Part shown: in pieces, positions 1-8,715 of the stretch
Numbering within the stretch: the first letter of the stretch is position 1
Layout of the letters: every line of letters begins with the position of its first letter
IMG/VR virus record: IMGVR_UViG_2939167301_000003
Reading direction: 5' to 3' (one strand)
Origin: a virus
Lineage: Duplodnaviria > Heunggongvirae > Uroviricota > Caudoviricetes
Length of the DNA stretch: 37,655 bases
Notes under the pieces: model-generated
Databases searched by the model: none
Told to the model about the DNA's origin: nothing
The model's input: the letters and a program-made list of their open reading frames with translations, nothing else
Program-made: the position numbers and the translations under genes

Positions 1-1011
1 TTATAACGTCACTCCGCCTTTTAGTGGATTCAGAGCGACGGCATTTTGCAGATAGTCAGGCGCAAGGTGCGCATAGGCCATCGTCTGCTGAATGCTCGCA
101 TGTCCCAGAATCTGTTGCAGTGCGATTATATTGCCCCCATTCATCATGAAATGGCTTGCGAATGTATGCCGCAGGATGTGGGTTGCCTGATTGGGTGGTA
201 TATCAGGTTTCACTCTGCGTAAAATCCCGCAAAATTTCTCATAATCAACTTTGAATAATTTGGCGCTGGCCTCCTCTTTAACTTTTTTCTCCAGTTCCTC
301 AGAAATCGGCACGGTTCGCTTTTTACCGTTTTTGGTTTTCAGGAAGGTAACCCTGCAATTTGTAATCTGTGCTGGTTTTAGCGTGGCAACTTCCGTCCAT
401 CTTCCTCCGGTGCTCAGACATAAAAGCGCGACAAGTAAGTCATCACCAGCCAAAACATTTAACAGTTTTTCGATTTCTGCTTTTTCCAGGAACGTCATTT
501 CAGGGTTGGCCTCCGCCAGTGGCGGCAGTCCGTGAATTGGGTGTTGCCCGGAAAATTCATCCAATTGAATTAATTTTGTGAACATGCCGGATAATCGGTA
601 CATGTCACGGTTTATCGTTGCGGCACTGATACCATCACGTAGTCGCATGGAACGATAATCCATCAAAGCCCTTTTGCTCATCCTGCTCACTGGTATATCA
701 CCTATGCCGCTGATGGTTTTGAGTAGATGATTAAACTCTTTTGTTCCATGCTCGTGGTTTTGCCCGTGATATTTCCACCAGATGTCCAGCAACTCACTCA
801 AAGTCCGGCGGTCTGCTCGCTGGCCTCCCCATTCTTTCTGACTGGCATTGGCGATTGTGTATCGCTCAAATGCTAGTGCTTCAGCTTTTCTTTCGAATTT
901 CCTGCGGATGCGTTTTCCGTCGCGACCGCGAGGTCTAATGTCCACTTCATAGCGACCATCATCGAGCTTCTTAATTGCCATAAGAAAGCCCTCCGGCGCT
1001 GTATTCACCAT
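1..1011 (-). CDS. int: P2-type tyrosine integrase; true start may be the internal Met at 981 (MAIKKLDDGRYEV...)
   Basis: Complete ORF with stop at 1-3. N-terminus MAIKKLDDGRYEVDIRP and C-terminal R..HxxR..Y region (ATHILRHTFASHF...LGHASIQQTMAYAH) are typical of P2 Int as recalled. Sits next to C repressor as in P2. Confidence 0.9.
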   Translation of the reverse strand: MVNTAPEGFLMAIKKLDDGRYEVDIRPRGRDGKRIRRKFERKAEALAFERYTIANASQKEWGGQRADRRTLSELLDIWWKYHGQNHEHGTKEFNHLLKTISGIGDIPVSRMSKRALMDYRSMRLRDGISAATINRDMYRLSGMFTKLIQLDEFSGQHPIHGLPPLAEANPEMTFLEKAEIEKLLNVLAGDDLLVALLCLSTGGRWTEVATLKPAQITNCRVTFLKTKNGKKRTVPISEELEKKVKEEASAKLFKVDYEKFCGILRRVKPDIPPNQATHILRHTFASHFMMNGGNIIALQQILGHASIQQTMAYAHLAPDYLQNAVALNPLKGGVTL

Positions 1012-1050
1012 CTTGGTAGCAAATGGTGAAAATGTAATCTTTATATAGAG

Positions 1051-1344
1051 TTAGCCAATCCTTTTCGCGGAGTGGTTGGACTCTGTTGACTCTGGCCCAA
1101 TGTGCGCGAGAGCCGGTGCGATTTGTCCTGCGTCCGGCGCGGTTTTATCTGTCATAAGCCATAGAGCATATTTTTGGAATGTGGGATGCATAGTGATTTT
1201 TAGCAAAGCTGTGCCACCGGGTTCAAAGTTTCCTCCTTCATATTTTTTAAGTGTGCTTAGCGGTAACTCTATGATTTCACAGAATTTTGATTGGCTTAGC
1301 CCTTCAGCCTCACGCAAGGCCTTAATCTTTTCGCTTAATTTCAT
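1051..1344 (-). CDS. C: P2 C-like immunity repressor
   Basis: 97 aa (P2 C is 99 aa). Shares the recalled P2 C segment QIAPALAH. Position between int and cox. Confidence 0.85.
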   Translation of the reverse strand: MKLSEKIKALREAEGLSQSKFCEIIELPLSTLKKYEGGNFEPGGTALLKITMHPTFQKYALWLMTDKTAPDAGQIAPALAHIGPESTESNHSAKRIG

Positions 1345-1465
1345 TTGACATGGTGCCTATATAGGGACTAAATTCCCTCAAAACTGGAACCTATATAGGT
1401 TCCATTGATTTGAGAATAAACCAGCATCTAAACGGTTTTGAGTGGTTTAGAAAGGGCTGGATCCT
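1345..1465. promoter_or_regulatory. Immunity switch region with divergent promoter/operator candidates
   Basis: Intergenic between divergent C and cox. Two copies of CCTATATAGG (1356-1366, 1390-1400), the second inside a perfect 18-bp palindrome GGAACCTATATAGGTTCC (1386-1403). Confidence 0.5.
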
Positions 1466-1753
1466 ATGAGGGTACCATATATGGACGCTGAAAATTATGT
1501 GATTCAGTATCCGCTTGATGCGGTTCATGTGGATAAATTTGCTGATTTATTAGGGAAGCCAAAGACAGCCGTCAGTGAAATGGTGAAGGCAAATAAATTA
1601 CCAATTATTGAATTGCGTGATCCTTGCAAACCGAAGGCTCGTGCCGGTGAAAAATGGGTTTTCATTCCTGAGTTTAATCGCGCTGTACGTGAGGCGTTTT
1701 ATAACCGACCGGTTGAACAGCGTGATGCATGGCTTTTGTGGATGGGGTTGTGA
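1466..1753 (+). CDS. cox: Cox-like excisionase / early-promoter regulator
   Basis: About 95 aa, first gene of the rightward early operon. C-terminal RDAWLLWMGL resembles the recalled P2 Cox C-terminus. Confidence 0.8.
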   Translation: MRVPYMDAENYVIQYPLDAVHVDKFADLLGKPKTAVSEMVKANKLPIIELRDPCKPKARAGEKWVFIPEFNRAVREAFYNRPVEQRDAWLLWMGL

Positions 1754-1755
1754 TT

Positions 1756-1926
1756 ATGAATGAGCCGCGTTGTATTGCTCAGTTATTGCGTAACGAAAGC
1801 CCCAGGGCGATTGACTTCACCATCACCCACGGTAAGGGGCGTAAGGGAATCATTATCCGCACCAAAAAACAGAGTCCGTTAAAAAAGGCTCTGACCTTTC
1901 TGAAAAGCCGGAGGGTATGGAAATGA
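1756..1926 (+). CDS. Small early protein (P2 orf78-like)
   Basis: Short ORF between cox and B. Start at ATG 1756 is inferred; the track ORF begins at 1729. Confidence 0.5.
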   Translation: MNEPRCIAQLLRNESPRAIDFTITHGKGRKGIIIRTKKQSPLKKALTFLKSRRVWK

Positions 1927-2423
1927 CAGTGATGACGCTCAATCTCGTTGAAAAACAGCCAGCAGCTATGCGCCGGATAATTGGCAAGCATCTTGCCGTC
2001 CCTCGCTGGCAGGATACATGTGATTATTATAATCAGATGATGGAGCGCGAACGGCTAACGGTTTGCTTTCATGCACAGTTAAAACAGCGTCACGCAACGA
2101 TGCGTTTTGAAGAAATGAACGACGTCGAACGTGAACGACTGGTTTGTGCAATTGATGAATTGCGTGGCGCATTCTCAAAACGCCGTCAGGTCGGCGCAAG
2201 TGAGTATGCATATATTAGTTTTTTAACAGTCAGTCAGCGTCGTACTTTATTTATGCATGCGGGATTGACAGAAAAAGAATTCAATCAGCCGTACTGGCGA
2301 ATTAATGAAGAATCATGTTACTGGCGTGATGCTTTATTCCGTGCATTACGTGAATTATTCAGTCTGTTTGAGTATGCACCGACAATTCTGACGTCGGTAA
2401 AACCAGAGCAATATCTGCATTAA
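1917..2423 (+). CDS. B: Replication protein B (helicase loader-like)
   Basis: 168 aa, essentially the size of P2 gpB (166 aa). Sequence and position after cox match P2 B as recalled. Confidence 0.85.
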   Translation: MEMTVMTLNLVEKQPAAMRRIIGKHLAVPRWQDTCDYYNQMMERERLTVCFHAQLKQRHATMRFEEMNDVERERLVCAIDELRGAFSKRRQVGASEYAYISFLTVSQRRTLFMHAGLTEKEFNQPYWRINEESCYWRDALFRALRELFSLFEYAPTILTSVKPEQYLH

Positions 2424-2486
2424 ATAATTAACCAGAGTTTTTAACGCACTTAATCGTGCGGGGCTTCTTTTTGCCTGGAGAAAGTC

Positions 2487-2711
2487 ATGCATACAGTTTC
2501 TGAAAATCAGTGCGGTAAATACGCATTACTGCTGCAACAGGCCAGAACCGAAGCACAGGCCGACGCTGCGACGCGCTTTTCTTCTCATCTTGACGCCATG
2601 ATTCGCCACATCACAAAGGCGGAGTTATCCCGCGTGGAGATAGTTGAGCTGCTCAGTCAGGAGTCGGAAAAATTTCACAATATCGGATTGTCTCGCGGGG
2701 AGGTGCTTTGA
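2487..2711 (+). CDS. P2 orf80-like hypothetical protein
   Basis: ORF in the conserved early operon between B and A. Confidence 0.6.
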   Translation: MHTVSENQCGKYALLLQQARTEAQADAATRFSSHLDAMIRHITKAELSRVEIVELLSQESEKFHNIGLSRGEVL

Positions 2712-3013
2712 TGTCCTGTTCTCGTTCGGTTGTATTACTGAATAACGCCTTAAAAATCGCCGTTATGAAAAATGGTGATTTGTCTCTTATTCAACTTGGT
2801 ATTGATAAAGAGAAGCGCGAAATAACTGAATCTGTTATCGCGATTTATCAGAGTGAATTAAACCTCCTGTCTGATGTGGTCAATTTACTTGTTAAACGCG
2901 CTGTATTCCACAAGCAAATTTCCTCAGTGGATGAACTGACAAAATTAACGACAGAACTCGCCAGTTATTGCGCTGATGAATTTAAGAAGCTGAACGACAA
3001 AAGGAGCTGGTAA
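2708..3013 (+). CDS. P2 orf81-like hypothetical protein
   Basis: ORF start overlaps the upstream stop (ATGA). Early operon position. Confidence 0.6.
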   Translation: MMSCSRSVVLLNNALKIAVMKNGDLSLIQLGIDKEKREITESVIAIYQSELNLLSDVVNLLVKRAVFHKQISSVDELTKLTTELASYCADEFKKLNDKRSW

Positions 3014-3237
3014 TGCCGGACAACGTGGATTTTATTCAGGAACAACAGGCTGAATTACTGGAGCGCCAGATTAACGCGGCAAGGGTAAAACATTGCGGTG
3101 TTTCTGCGCTGGTTTGCGAAGAGTGTGACGCGCCAATACCTGCTGCCCGTCGTGCGGCTTATCCGTCAGCCACGCGTTGTGTTTCCTGTCAGTCAGTCTT
3201 TGAAGCAAAAAACAAACATTACCGGAGAACGGCATGA
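3013..3237 (+). CDS. P2 orf82-like, DksA/TraR-type C4 zinc-finger protein
   Basis: CxxC...CxxC (CEECDAPIP...CVSCQ) in a 74-aa protein, the same motif class as DksA/TraR. Confidence 0.7.
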   Translation: MPDNVDFIQEQQAELLERQINAARVKHCGVSALVCEECDAPIPAARRAAYPSATRCVSCQSVFEAKNKHYRRTA

Positions 3238-3509
3238 GTATTCGTATTGAAATTGGCGAACGTTATGTCGTTACCAGTGACAGCTTTCAGTTTATTCTCC
3301 ACGAGAAAAAGAGAGCGGAAAGCGGTAAAAACGCCGGTCAGGAATGGCTGGCGGTGGTTGGTTATTACCCGAAATTAGGCCAGCTCGTTTCCGGCCTGAT
3401 GCATCACGATATTCTGACCGGAAGCGCAAAATCTTTTGCTGATTTAAACGCGCAGGTTGAGCAACTCAGCAAGCGTTGTTCAGAGGCTTTTGGCTCATAT
3501 GGCCGTTAA
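3234..3509 (+). CDS. P2 orf83-like hypothetical protein
   Basis: ORF in early operon, overlapping the start of A. Confidence 0.6.
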   Translation: MSIRIEIGERYVVTSDSFQFILHEKKRAESGKNAGQEWLAVVGYYPKLGQLVSGLMHHDILTGSAKSFADLNAQVEQLSKRCSEAFGSYGR

Positions 3510-5778
3510 AGCCTCCGGGCGTTTTGTCCCTCCGTCAGCATTTACCGCAGGCACCGGTAAGGCGTTTACCGGTGCTTATGCATGGAACGCGCCACGCGAG
3601 GCTGTCGGGCGCGAAAGACCTCTTACACGTGACGAGATGCGTCAGGTGCAAGGTGTTTTATCCACGATTAACCGCCTGCCTTACTTTTTGCGCTCGCTGT
3701 TTACTTCACGCTATGACTACATCCGGCGCAATAAAAGCCCGGTGCACGGGTTTTATTTCCTCACATCTACTTTTCAGCGTCGTTTATGGCCGCGCATTGA
3801 GCGTGTGAATCAGCGCCATGAAATGAACACCGACGCGTCGTTGCTGTTTCTGGCAGAGCGTGACCACTATGCGCGCCTGCCGGGAATGAATGACAAGGAG
3901 CTGAAAAAGTTTGCCGCCCGTATCTCATCGCAGCTTTTCATGATGTATGAGGAACTCTGCGATGCATGGGTTGATGCGCATGGTGAAAAAGAATCGCTGT
4001 TTACGGATGAGGCGCAGGCTCACCTGTATGGTCATGTTGCTGGCGCTGCACGTGCTTTCAATATTTCCCCGCTCTACTGGAAAAAATACCGTAAAGGACA
4101 GATGACCACGAGGCAGGCATATTCTGCCATTGCCCGCCTGTTTAACGATGAGTGGTGGACTCATCAGCTTAAAGGCCAGCGTATGCGCTGGCATGAGGCG
4201 TTACTGATAGCTGTCGGGGAGGTCAATAAAGACCGTTCTCCTTATGCCAGTAAACACGCCATTCGTGATGTGCGTGCGCGCCGCCAGGCAAATCTGGAAT
4301 TTCTTAAATCGTGTGACCTTGAAAACAGGGAAACCGGCGAGCGCATCGACCTTATCAGTAAGGTGATGGGCAGTATTTCTAATCCTGAAATTCGCCGGAT
4401 GGAGCTGATGAACACCATTGCCGGTATTGAGCGTTACGCCGCCGCAGAGGGTGATGTGGGGATGTTTATCACGCTGACCGCGCCGTCAAAGTATCACCCG
4501 ACACGTCAGGTCGGAAAAGGCGAAAGTAAAACCGTTCAGCTTAATCACGGCTGGAACGATGAGGCATTTAATCCAAAGGATGCGCAGCGTTATCTCTGCC
4601 GTATCTGGAGCCTGATGCGCACGGCATTCAAGGATAATGATTTACAGGTCTACGGTTTGCGAGTCGTCGAGCCACACCACGACGGAACGCCGCACTGGCA
4701 TATGATGCTTTTTTGTCATCCACGCCAGCGTAACCAGATTATCGAAATCATGCGTCGCTATGCGCTCAAAGAGGATGGCGACGAAAGAGGAGCCGCGCGA
4801 AACCGTTTTCAGGCAAAACACCTTAACCGGGGCGGTGCTGCGGGATATATCGCGAAATACATTTCAAAAAACATCGACGGCTATGCACTGGATGGTCAGC
4901 TCGATAACGACACCGGCAGGCCGCTGAAAGACACTGCAGCGGCTGTTACCGCATGGGCGTCAACGTGGCGCATTCCGCAATTTAAAACGGTTGGCCTGCC
5001 GACAATGGGGGCTTACCGTGAACTACGCAAATTGCCTCGCGGCGTCAGCATTGCTGATGAGTTTGACGAGCGCGTCGAGGCTGCACGCGCCGCCGCAGAC
5101 AGTGGTGATTTTGCGCTGTATATCAGCGCGCAGGGCGGGGCAAATGTCCCGCGCGATTGTCAGACTGTCAGGGTCGCCCGTAGTCTGTCGGATGACGTTA
5201 ACGAGTACGAGGAAGAAGTCGAGAGAGTGGTCGGCATTTACGCGCCGCATCTCGGCGCGCGTCATATTCATATCACCAGAACGACGGACTGGCGCATTGT
5301 GCCGAAAGTTCCGGTCGTTGAGCCTTTGACTTTAAAAAGCGGCATCGCCGCGCCTCGGAGTCCTGTCAATAACTGTGGAAAGCTCACCGGTGGTGATACT
5401 TCGTTACCGGCTCCCACACCTTCTGAGCACGCCGCAGCAGTGCTAAATCTGGTTGATGACGGTGTTATCGAATGGAATGACCCGGAGGTCGTGAGGGCGC
5501 TCAGGGGTGCATTAAAACACGGTCGGAGAACGCCAGGTCGTCAGCAAAGAAACGGAAGCCCGTTAAAACCACATGAAATTGCACCATCGGCCAGACTGAC
5601 CCGGTCTGAACGATTGCAAATCACCCGTATCCGTGTTGACCTTGCTCAAAACGGTATCAGGCCGCAGCGATGGGAGCTTGAGGCGTTAGTACGCGGTGCG
5701 ATCGTCAATTACAATGAAAAGCAATTTTCATATCCTAGTGTAGATGAGTGGAGTGGGTTTTCTGGTTATTCAGAGTAA
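3499..5778 (+). CDS. A: Replication initiation protein A (rolling-circle HUH endonuclease)
   Basis: About 760 aa (P2 gpA is 761 aa). Starts MAVKASGRFVPPSAF as P2 gpA. HUH motif PHWHMMLF present, and catalytic Tyr candidates in GYIAKYISKN. Confidence 0.92.
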   Translation: MAVKASGRFVPPSAFTAGTGKAFTGAYAWNAPREAVGRERPLTRDEMRQVQGVLSTINRLPYFLRSLFTSRYDYIRRNKSPVHGFYFLTSTFQRRLWPRIERVNQRHEMNTDASLLFLAERDHYARLPGMNDKELKKFAARISSQLFMMYEELCDAWVDAHGEKESLFTDEAQAHLYGHVAGAARAFNISPLYWKKYRKGQMTTRQAYSAIARLFNDEWWTHQLKGQRMRWHEALLIAVGEVNKDRSPYASKHAIRDVRARRQANLEFLKSCDLENRETGERIDLISKVMGSISNPEIRRMELMNTIAGIERYAAAEGDVGMFITLTAPSKYHPTRQVGKGESKTVQLNHGWNDEAFNPKDAQRYLCRIWSLMRTAFKDNDLQVYGLRVVEPHHDGTPHWHMMLFCHPRQRNQIIEIMRRYALKEDGDERGAARNRFQAKHLNRGGAAGYIAKYISKNIDGYALDGQLDNDTGRPLKDTAAAVTAWASTWRIPQFKTVGLPTMGAYRELRKLPRGVSIADEFDERVEAARAAADSGDFALYISAQGGANVPRDCQTVRVARSLSDDVNEYEEEVERVVGIYAPHLGARHIHITRTTDWRIVPKVPVVEPLTLKSGIAAPRSPVNNCGKLTGGDTSLPAPTPSEHAAAVLNLVDDGVIEWNDPEVVRALRGALKHGRRTPGRQQRNGSPLKPHEIAPSARLTRSERLQITRIRVDLAQNGIRPQRWELEALVRGAIVNYNEKQFSYPSVDEWSGFSGYSE

Positions 5779-5985
5779 TAAACATAATGTTTTAGATTGG
5801 TTGCATAATGGTAAGGTTGCTGTTTATCTGTATATGTTAATATGATTACGCTACGTACAAACAATCGACATTTCTTTTTTTCTATATATTAATATTGATG
5901 ATTTTACTGGTGGTACAATAAGTCTATGTTGAAATTCGAGAATTGTATTATTAACAATAAAAACTGGTTCTTTTTATTATACAAG

Positions 5986-6012
5986 GACCACCTCCTTAGG
6001 AGGTGGTCTTTT
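5986..6012 (+). terminator. Rho-independent terminator after A
   Basis: Perfect 10-bp stem GACCACCTCC/GGAGGTGGTC with TTA loop, followed by TTTT. Confidence 0.7.
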
Positions 6013-6017
6013 ACTGT

Positions 6018-8501
6018 TTAACGAGGGTTTCGCGTATAGGTTTCAACTATGTCTGATGCACGTAATTTACATGTGATCAATTGTTCTCTTATAAATATCT
6101 CATCGTGTCGTTTATCACTTGTACAAATGGCCGTGATAAAACTGAGGATAGATGCTTTAAAACGTTCAAGATCATTTATGGTCATTATTCGAGACCCTTC
6201 GTTTAGTGTTGCGGCATATTCAGGCATATTAGAGTGATGTATCATTATAGGTGTGGCGGTAGCAGTTTGATCATACATGTTTCTGAACCATGCACCCGAC
6301 CCATTTAACTGATTGCAGTCATGCTTACTTATTCTTTCTGCGGTTGCTCCATTTTTGCATTCAATTACTAGATAATTGTTTTCTCCCATTGCCCATAAAT
6401 TGTCAGGTCCTTTACCTGTATCATTTTCTGGCCGTTGGCTACGAAAACCGACCAAATATGCAACTTTTTCGATAGCATCTTCGAAGGGATTCGATGTGCC
6501 CTCGGAGAAAATAAGGTTTTCTATTATTGAATTAGTATGCACAACGACTTGATTGGCCGATTCAAAATTACTTCTGAGATAGGAGCTACATTCCCTGGCC
6601 TGTTCAAGTGCCGCACCATTAAGTCTATTATATGTTACGCCGATTAGTGGTTTTAATACCCGATAGTTATCGTTTGATGCAGACTGAAGCAATATCTGAG
6701 CTTCAGATTTGTCATATAAGTTTACATATTCCGCAGCATGTTCTTTTAGATAACCCTTATAAACTTTGTCAGCTGTACTACTATCATTTTTTAGAGTTAA
6801 AGCGGCTTGTTGAAACATATTTCGTGATGCTAAGTCATATGCCAATCTTTTATTTATAGTATGCTGGTCAATCTGCTTATTTTCCAATGTTAAGCCAGTC
6901 AATATACCTTTGCTTTTTGAGACCCAGTCAGAATTGCGTAACAGACAATAATCAAGAGCACCTTTGATTGAATCAATAGTTGTATCCGGCAGTATCGATA
7001 CCAATTGCTGTGAAAGTTGAATTTGTGCTTTCGTTGCTGGAGAAAACCTTTCTAAGGAGGAGCCAAGGAAAACAGCGCCATTTAATGCTTTGCCAAGTAA
7101 GATCACTCCGCAGAAGTCGTCGCTTGATCTCACTCCTCGCCCCATTCCTTGTTCAATTTTCTGGATAATTTCATCTTTGGTTTTTTCGCTTCCAAGCAAT
7201 AAGCTTTGTGAGACTTTATCTATTAGTCTACGAACGTCAGGAAGTCCATCTATTACTAATAGACGACATGCGGTATTTGGTAAATCAATACCATCATATC
7301 TATTAACTAGGACTACTAAGCCAACATGTTGTGTCCTTAATTCTTGTACACCTTGATAAATTGTATTTTTATCTAATATTCTGTCTGCAACATCTTGCCA
7401 AAATCTAGTTCTGTAATCGGATGGTACAATTACAACAACATTATGTTTGGAGGATATCTCCTTGCACATAGCTTTGATATCTACATCAGAAAGACTAGGG
7501 TTTATAACCTGAGGCATTAGTATCATTCTATCACCAATATCACCAATTGTTTTTGGTGTTATCGGATTAGAGAGTGATTCATCCGTTATTCCGAAGTGGC
7601 TCGCTAGAATGGATTCATCGACAAGAGTAGCTGTCATGAATATTTTTCTTCTTGCGTTTGATAGGCTTGGGATCATTTGGATTGGTATGCAATGAGGTGA
7701 TATCTCTATTTTGGAAGCACTTACAACGCATTTCGATAATATTAGATTGTCTTTTATTAATGGCCATTTGAAACTCAAGTCATCATGGTCTTTATTTTCT
7801 AACAAGATTGTCATTATATCATTTATGCTTTCTTGCCATTTCCAAAATGGAACTCTCACATAAGCATTTCTATCGCCGGATTTTATCTCTAGTGTTTTTG
7901 CACCAGCTTGTGTCATTAGTGAATTTTCAAAAATTCTGAATAATTTATCATAGGCAGGGTTGTTTTTTTGAATGCTAATGGAGAATTGTTCTTCAATTGA
8001 AGAAAGGCAAGCGTGAGCATCGTCAATTATTATAGAACCTATTGGTATTCTTTGTCCATCATCTCCAACGCCAAATGCAGAACGTCCATTAACCACTTTG
8101 AATATATTTGTAACTAAAATTTCTTTACCTGCAATAAATTTGGGGGACCTCTCATCTTGAGTTACAGGTATACCAAGTTGATTAGCCTCCAAAACCACTT
8201 GCTCAACTAGATAGTTGTCAGGAACAACATATACAGCGGGACCTTCTCCTTCATTTATACAGCTTTTAAGAATGATTAACCCAACTGAAGTTTTACCGCT
8301 TCCGGTATTCATTTTTATTACATTGGTTGGGCTTCTCCTTGCTTCATACCATTTTTCCCAGACCTCTGATTGCACATCTCGAGGGTATTGAAATTTGGTG
8401 TCTTTGCTCGGTAGAGCTGTAAATATATCTCGCGGTGGAATCGCTGTGTCGCTATTTACACTGGGCGAAAGCTTGGTTAAATCAAGGAAAAAACCAGACA
8501 T
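6018..8501 (-). CDS. SF2 (DEAH-like) helicase fused to a C-terminal PD-(D/E)xK-type nuclease; candidate single-gene anti-phage defence protein in the P2 tin/old cargo position
   Basis: 827-aa ORF with a good SD (AAGAGGA) 6 bp upstream. Helicase motifs seen: Walker A NTGSGKTS, motif II IIIDDAHA, motif III MTATL, motif VI QGMGRGVR. C-terminus has E...GPD...VIECK. Strongly AT-rich compared with flanking phage genes. Confidence 0.7.
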   Translation of the reverse strand: MSGFFLDLTKLSPSVNSDTAIPPRDIFTALPSKDTKFQYPRDVQSEVWEKWYEARRSPTNVIKMNTGSGKTSVGLIILKSCINEGEGPAVYVVPDNYLVEQVVLEANQLGIPVTQDERSPKFIAGKEILVTNIFKVVNGRSAFGVGDDGQRIPIGSIIIDDAHACLSSIEEQFSISIQKNNPAYDKLFRIFENSLMTQAGAKTLEIKSGDRNAYVRVPFWKWQESINDIMTILLENKDHDDLSFKWPLIKDNLILSKCVVSASKIEISPHCIPIQMIPSLSNARRKIFMTATLVDESILASHFGITDESLSNPITPKTIGDIGDRMILMPQVINPSLSDVDIKAMCKEISSKHNVVVIVPSDYRTRFWQDVADRILDKNTIYQGVQELRTQHVGLVVLVNRYDGIDLPNTACRLLVIDGLPDVRRLIDKVSQSLLLGSEKTKDEIIQKIEQGMGRGVRSSDDFCGVILLGKALNGAVFLGSSLERFSPATKAQIQLSQQLVSILPDTTIDSIKGALDYCLLRNSDWVSKSKGILTGLTLENKQIDQHTINKRLAYDLASRNMFQQAALTLKNDSSTADKVYKGYLKEHAAEYVNLYDKSEAQILLQSASNDNYRVLKPLIGVTYNRLNGAALEQARECSSYLRSNFESANQVVVHTNSIIENLIFSEGTSNPFEDAIEKVAYLVGFRSQRPENDTGKGPDNLWAMGENNYLVIECKNGATAERISKHDCNQLNGSGAWFRNMYDQTATATPIMIHHSNMPEYAATLNEGSRIMTINDLERFKASILSFITAICTSDKRHDEIFIREQLITCKLRASDIVETYTRNPR

Positions 8502-8715
8502 TTTTTATCCTCTTACAGGTACTGCGTATTTTCATGAAAGGAGATCACTCAATAACTTCCATCGAGATCGGGTAATAACATTTGAACAGATCGCTGAATA
8601 ACATCGATGGAGATCACTTTTGACTCATTTTGTTATTCAGTGATCTCCATCAATGTTATTGGAACTTCACAGGTGTGTTGATCTGTATCTTTTGCCATTC
8701 CGGTAAAGGATACCT

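Noticed and set aside
1-5778. First impression of a P4-type satellite (integrase followed by a large primase-like replication protein)
   Set aside because: The integrase, C, cox, B and A proteins read as P2 helper-phage genes (HUH motif in A; P2-like N-termini), and a full P2 structural gene set follows. This is a P2-family prophage, not a satellite.
5779-6017. Possible small RNA or CRISPR-like repeats in the AT-rich A-to-cargo spacer
   Set aside because: Only a single terminator hairpin and simple AT-rich sequence are present. No repeat-spacer periodicity or tRNA-like structure was found anywhere in the window.
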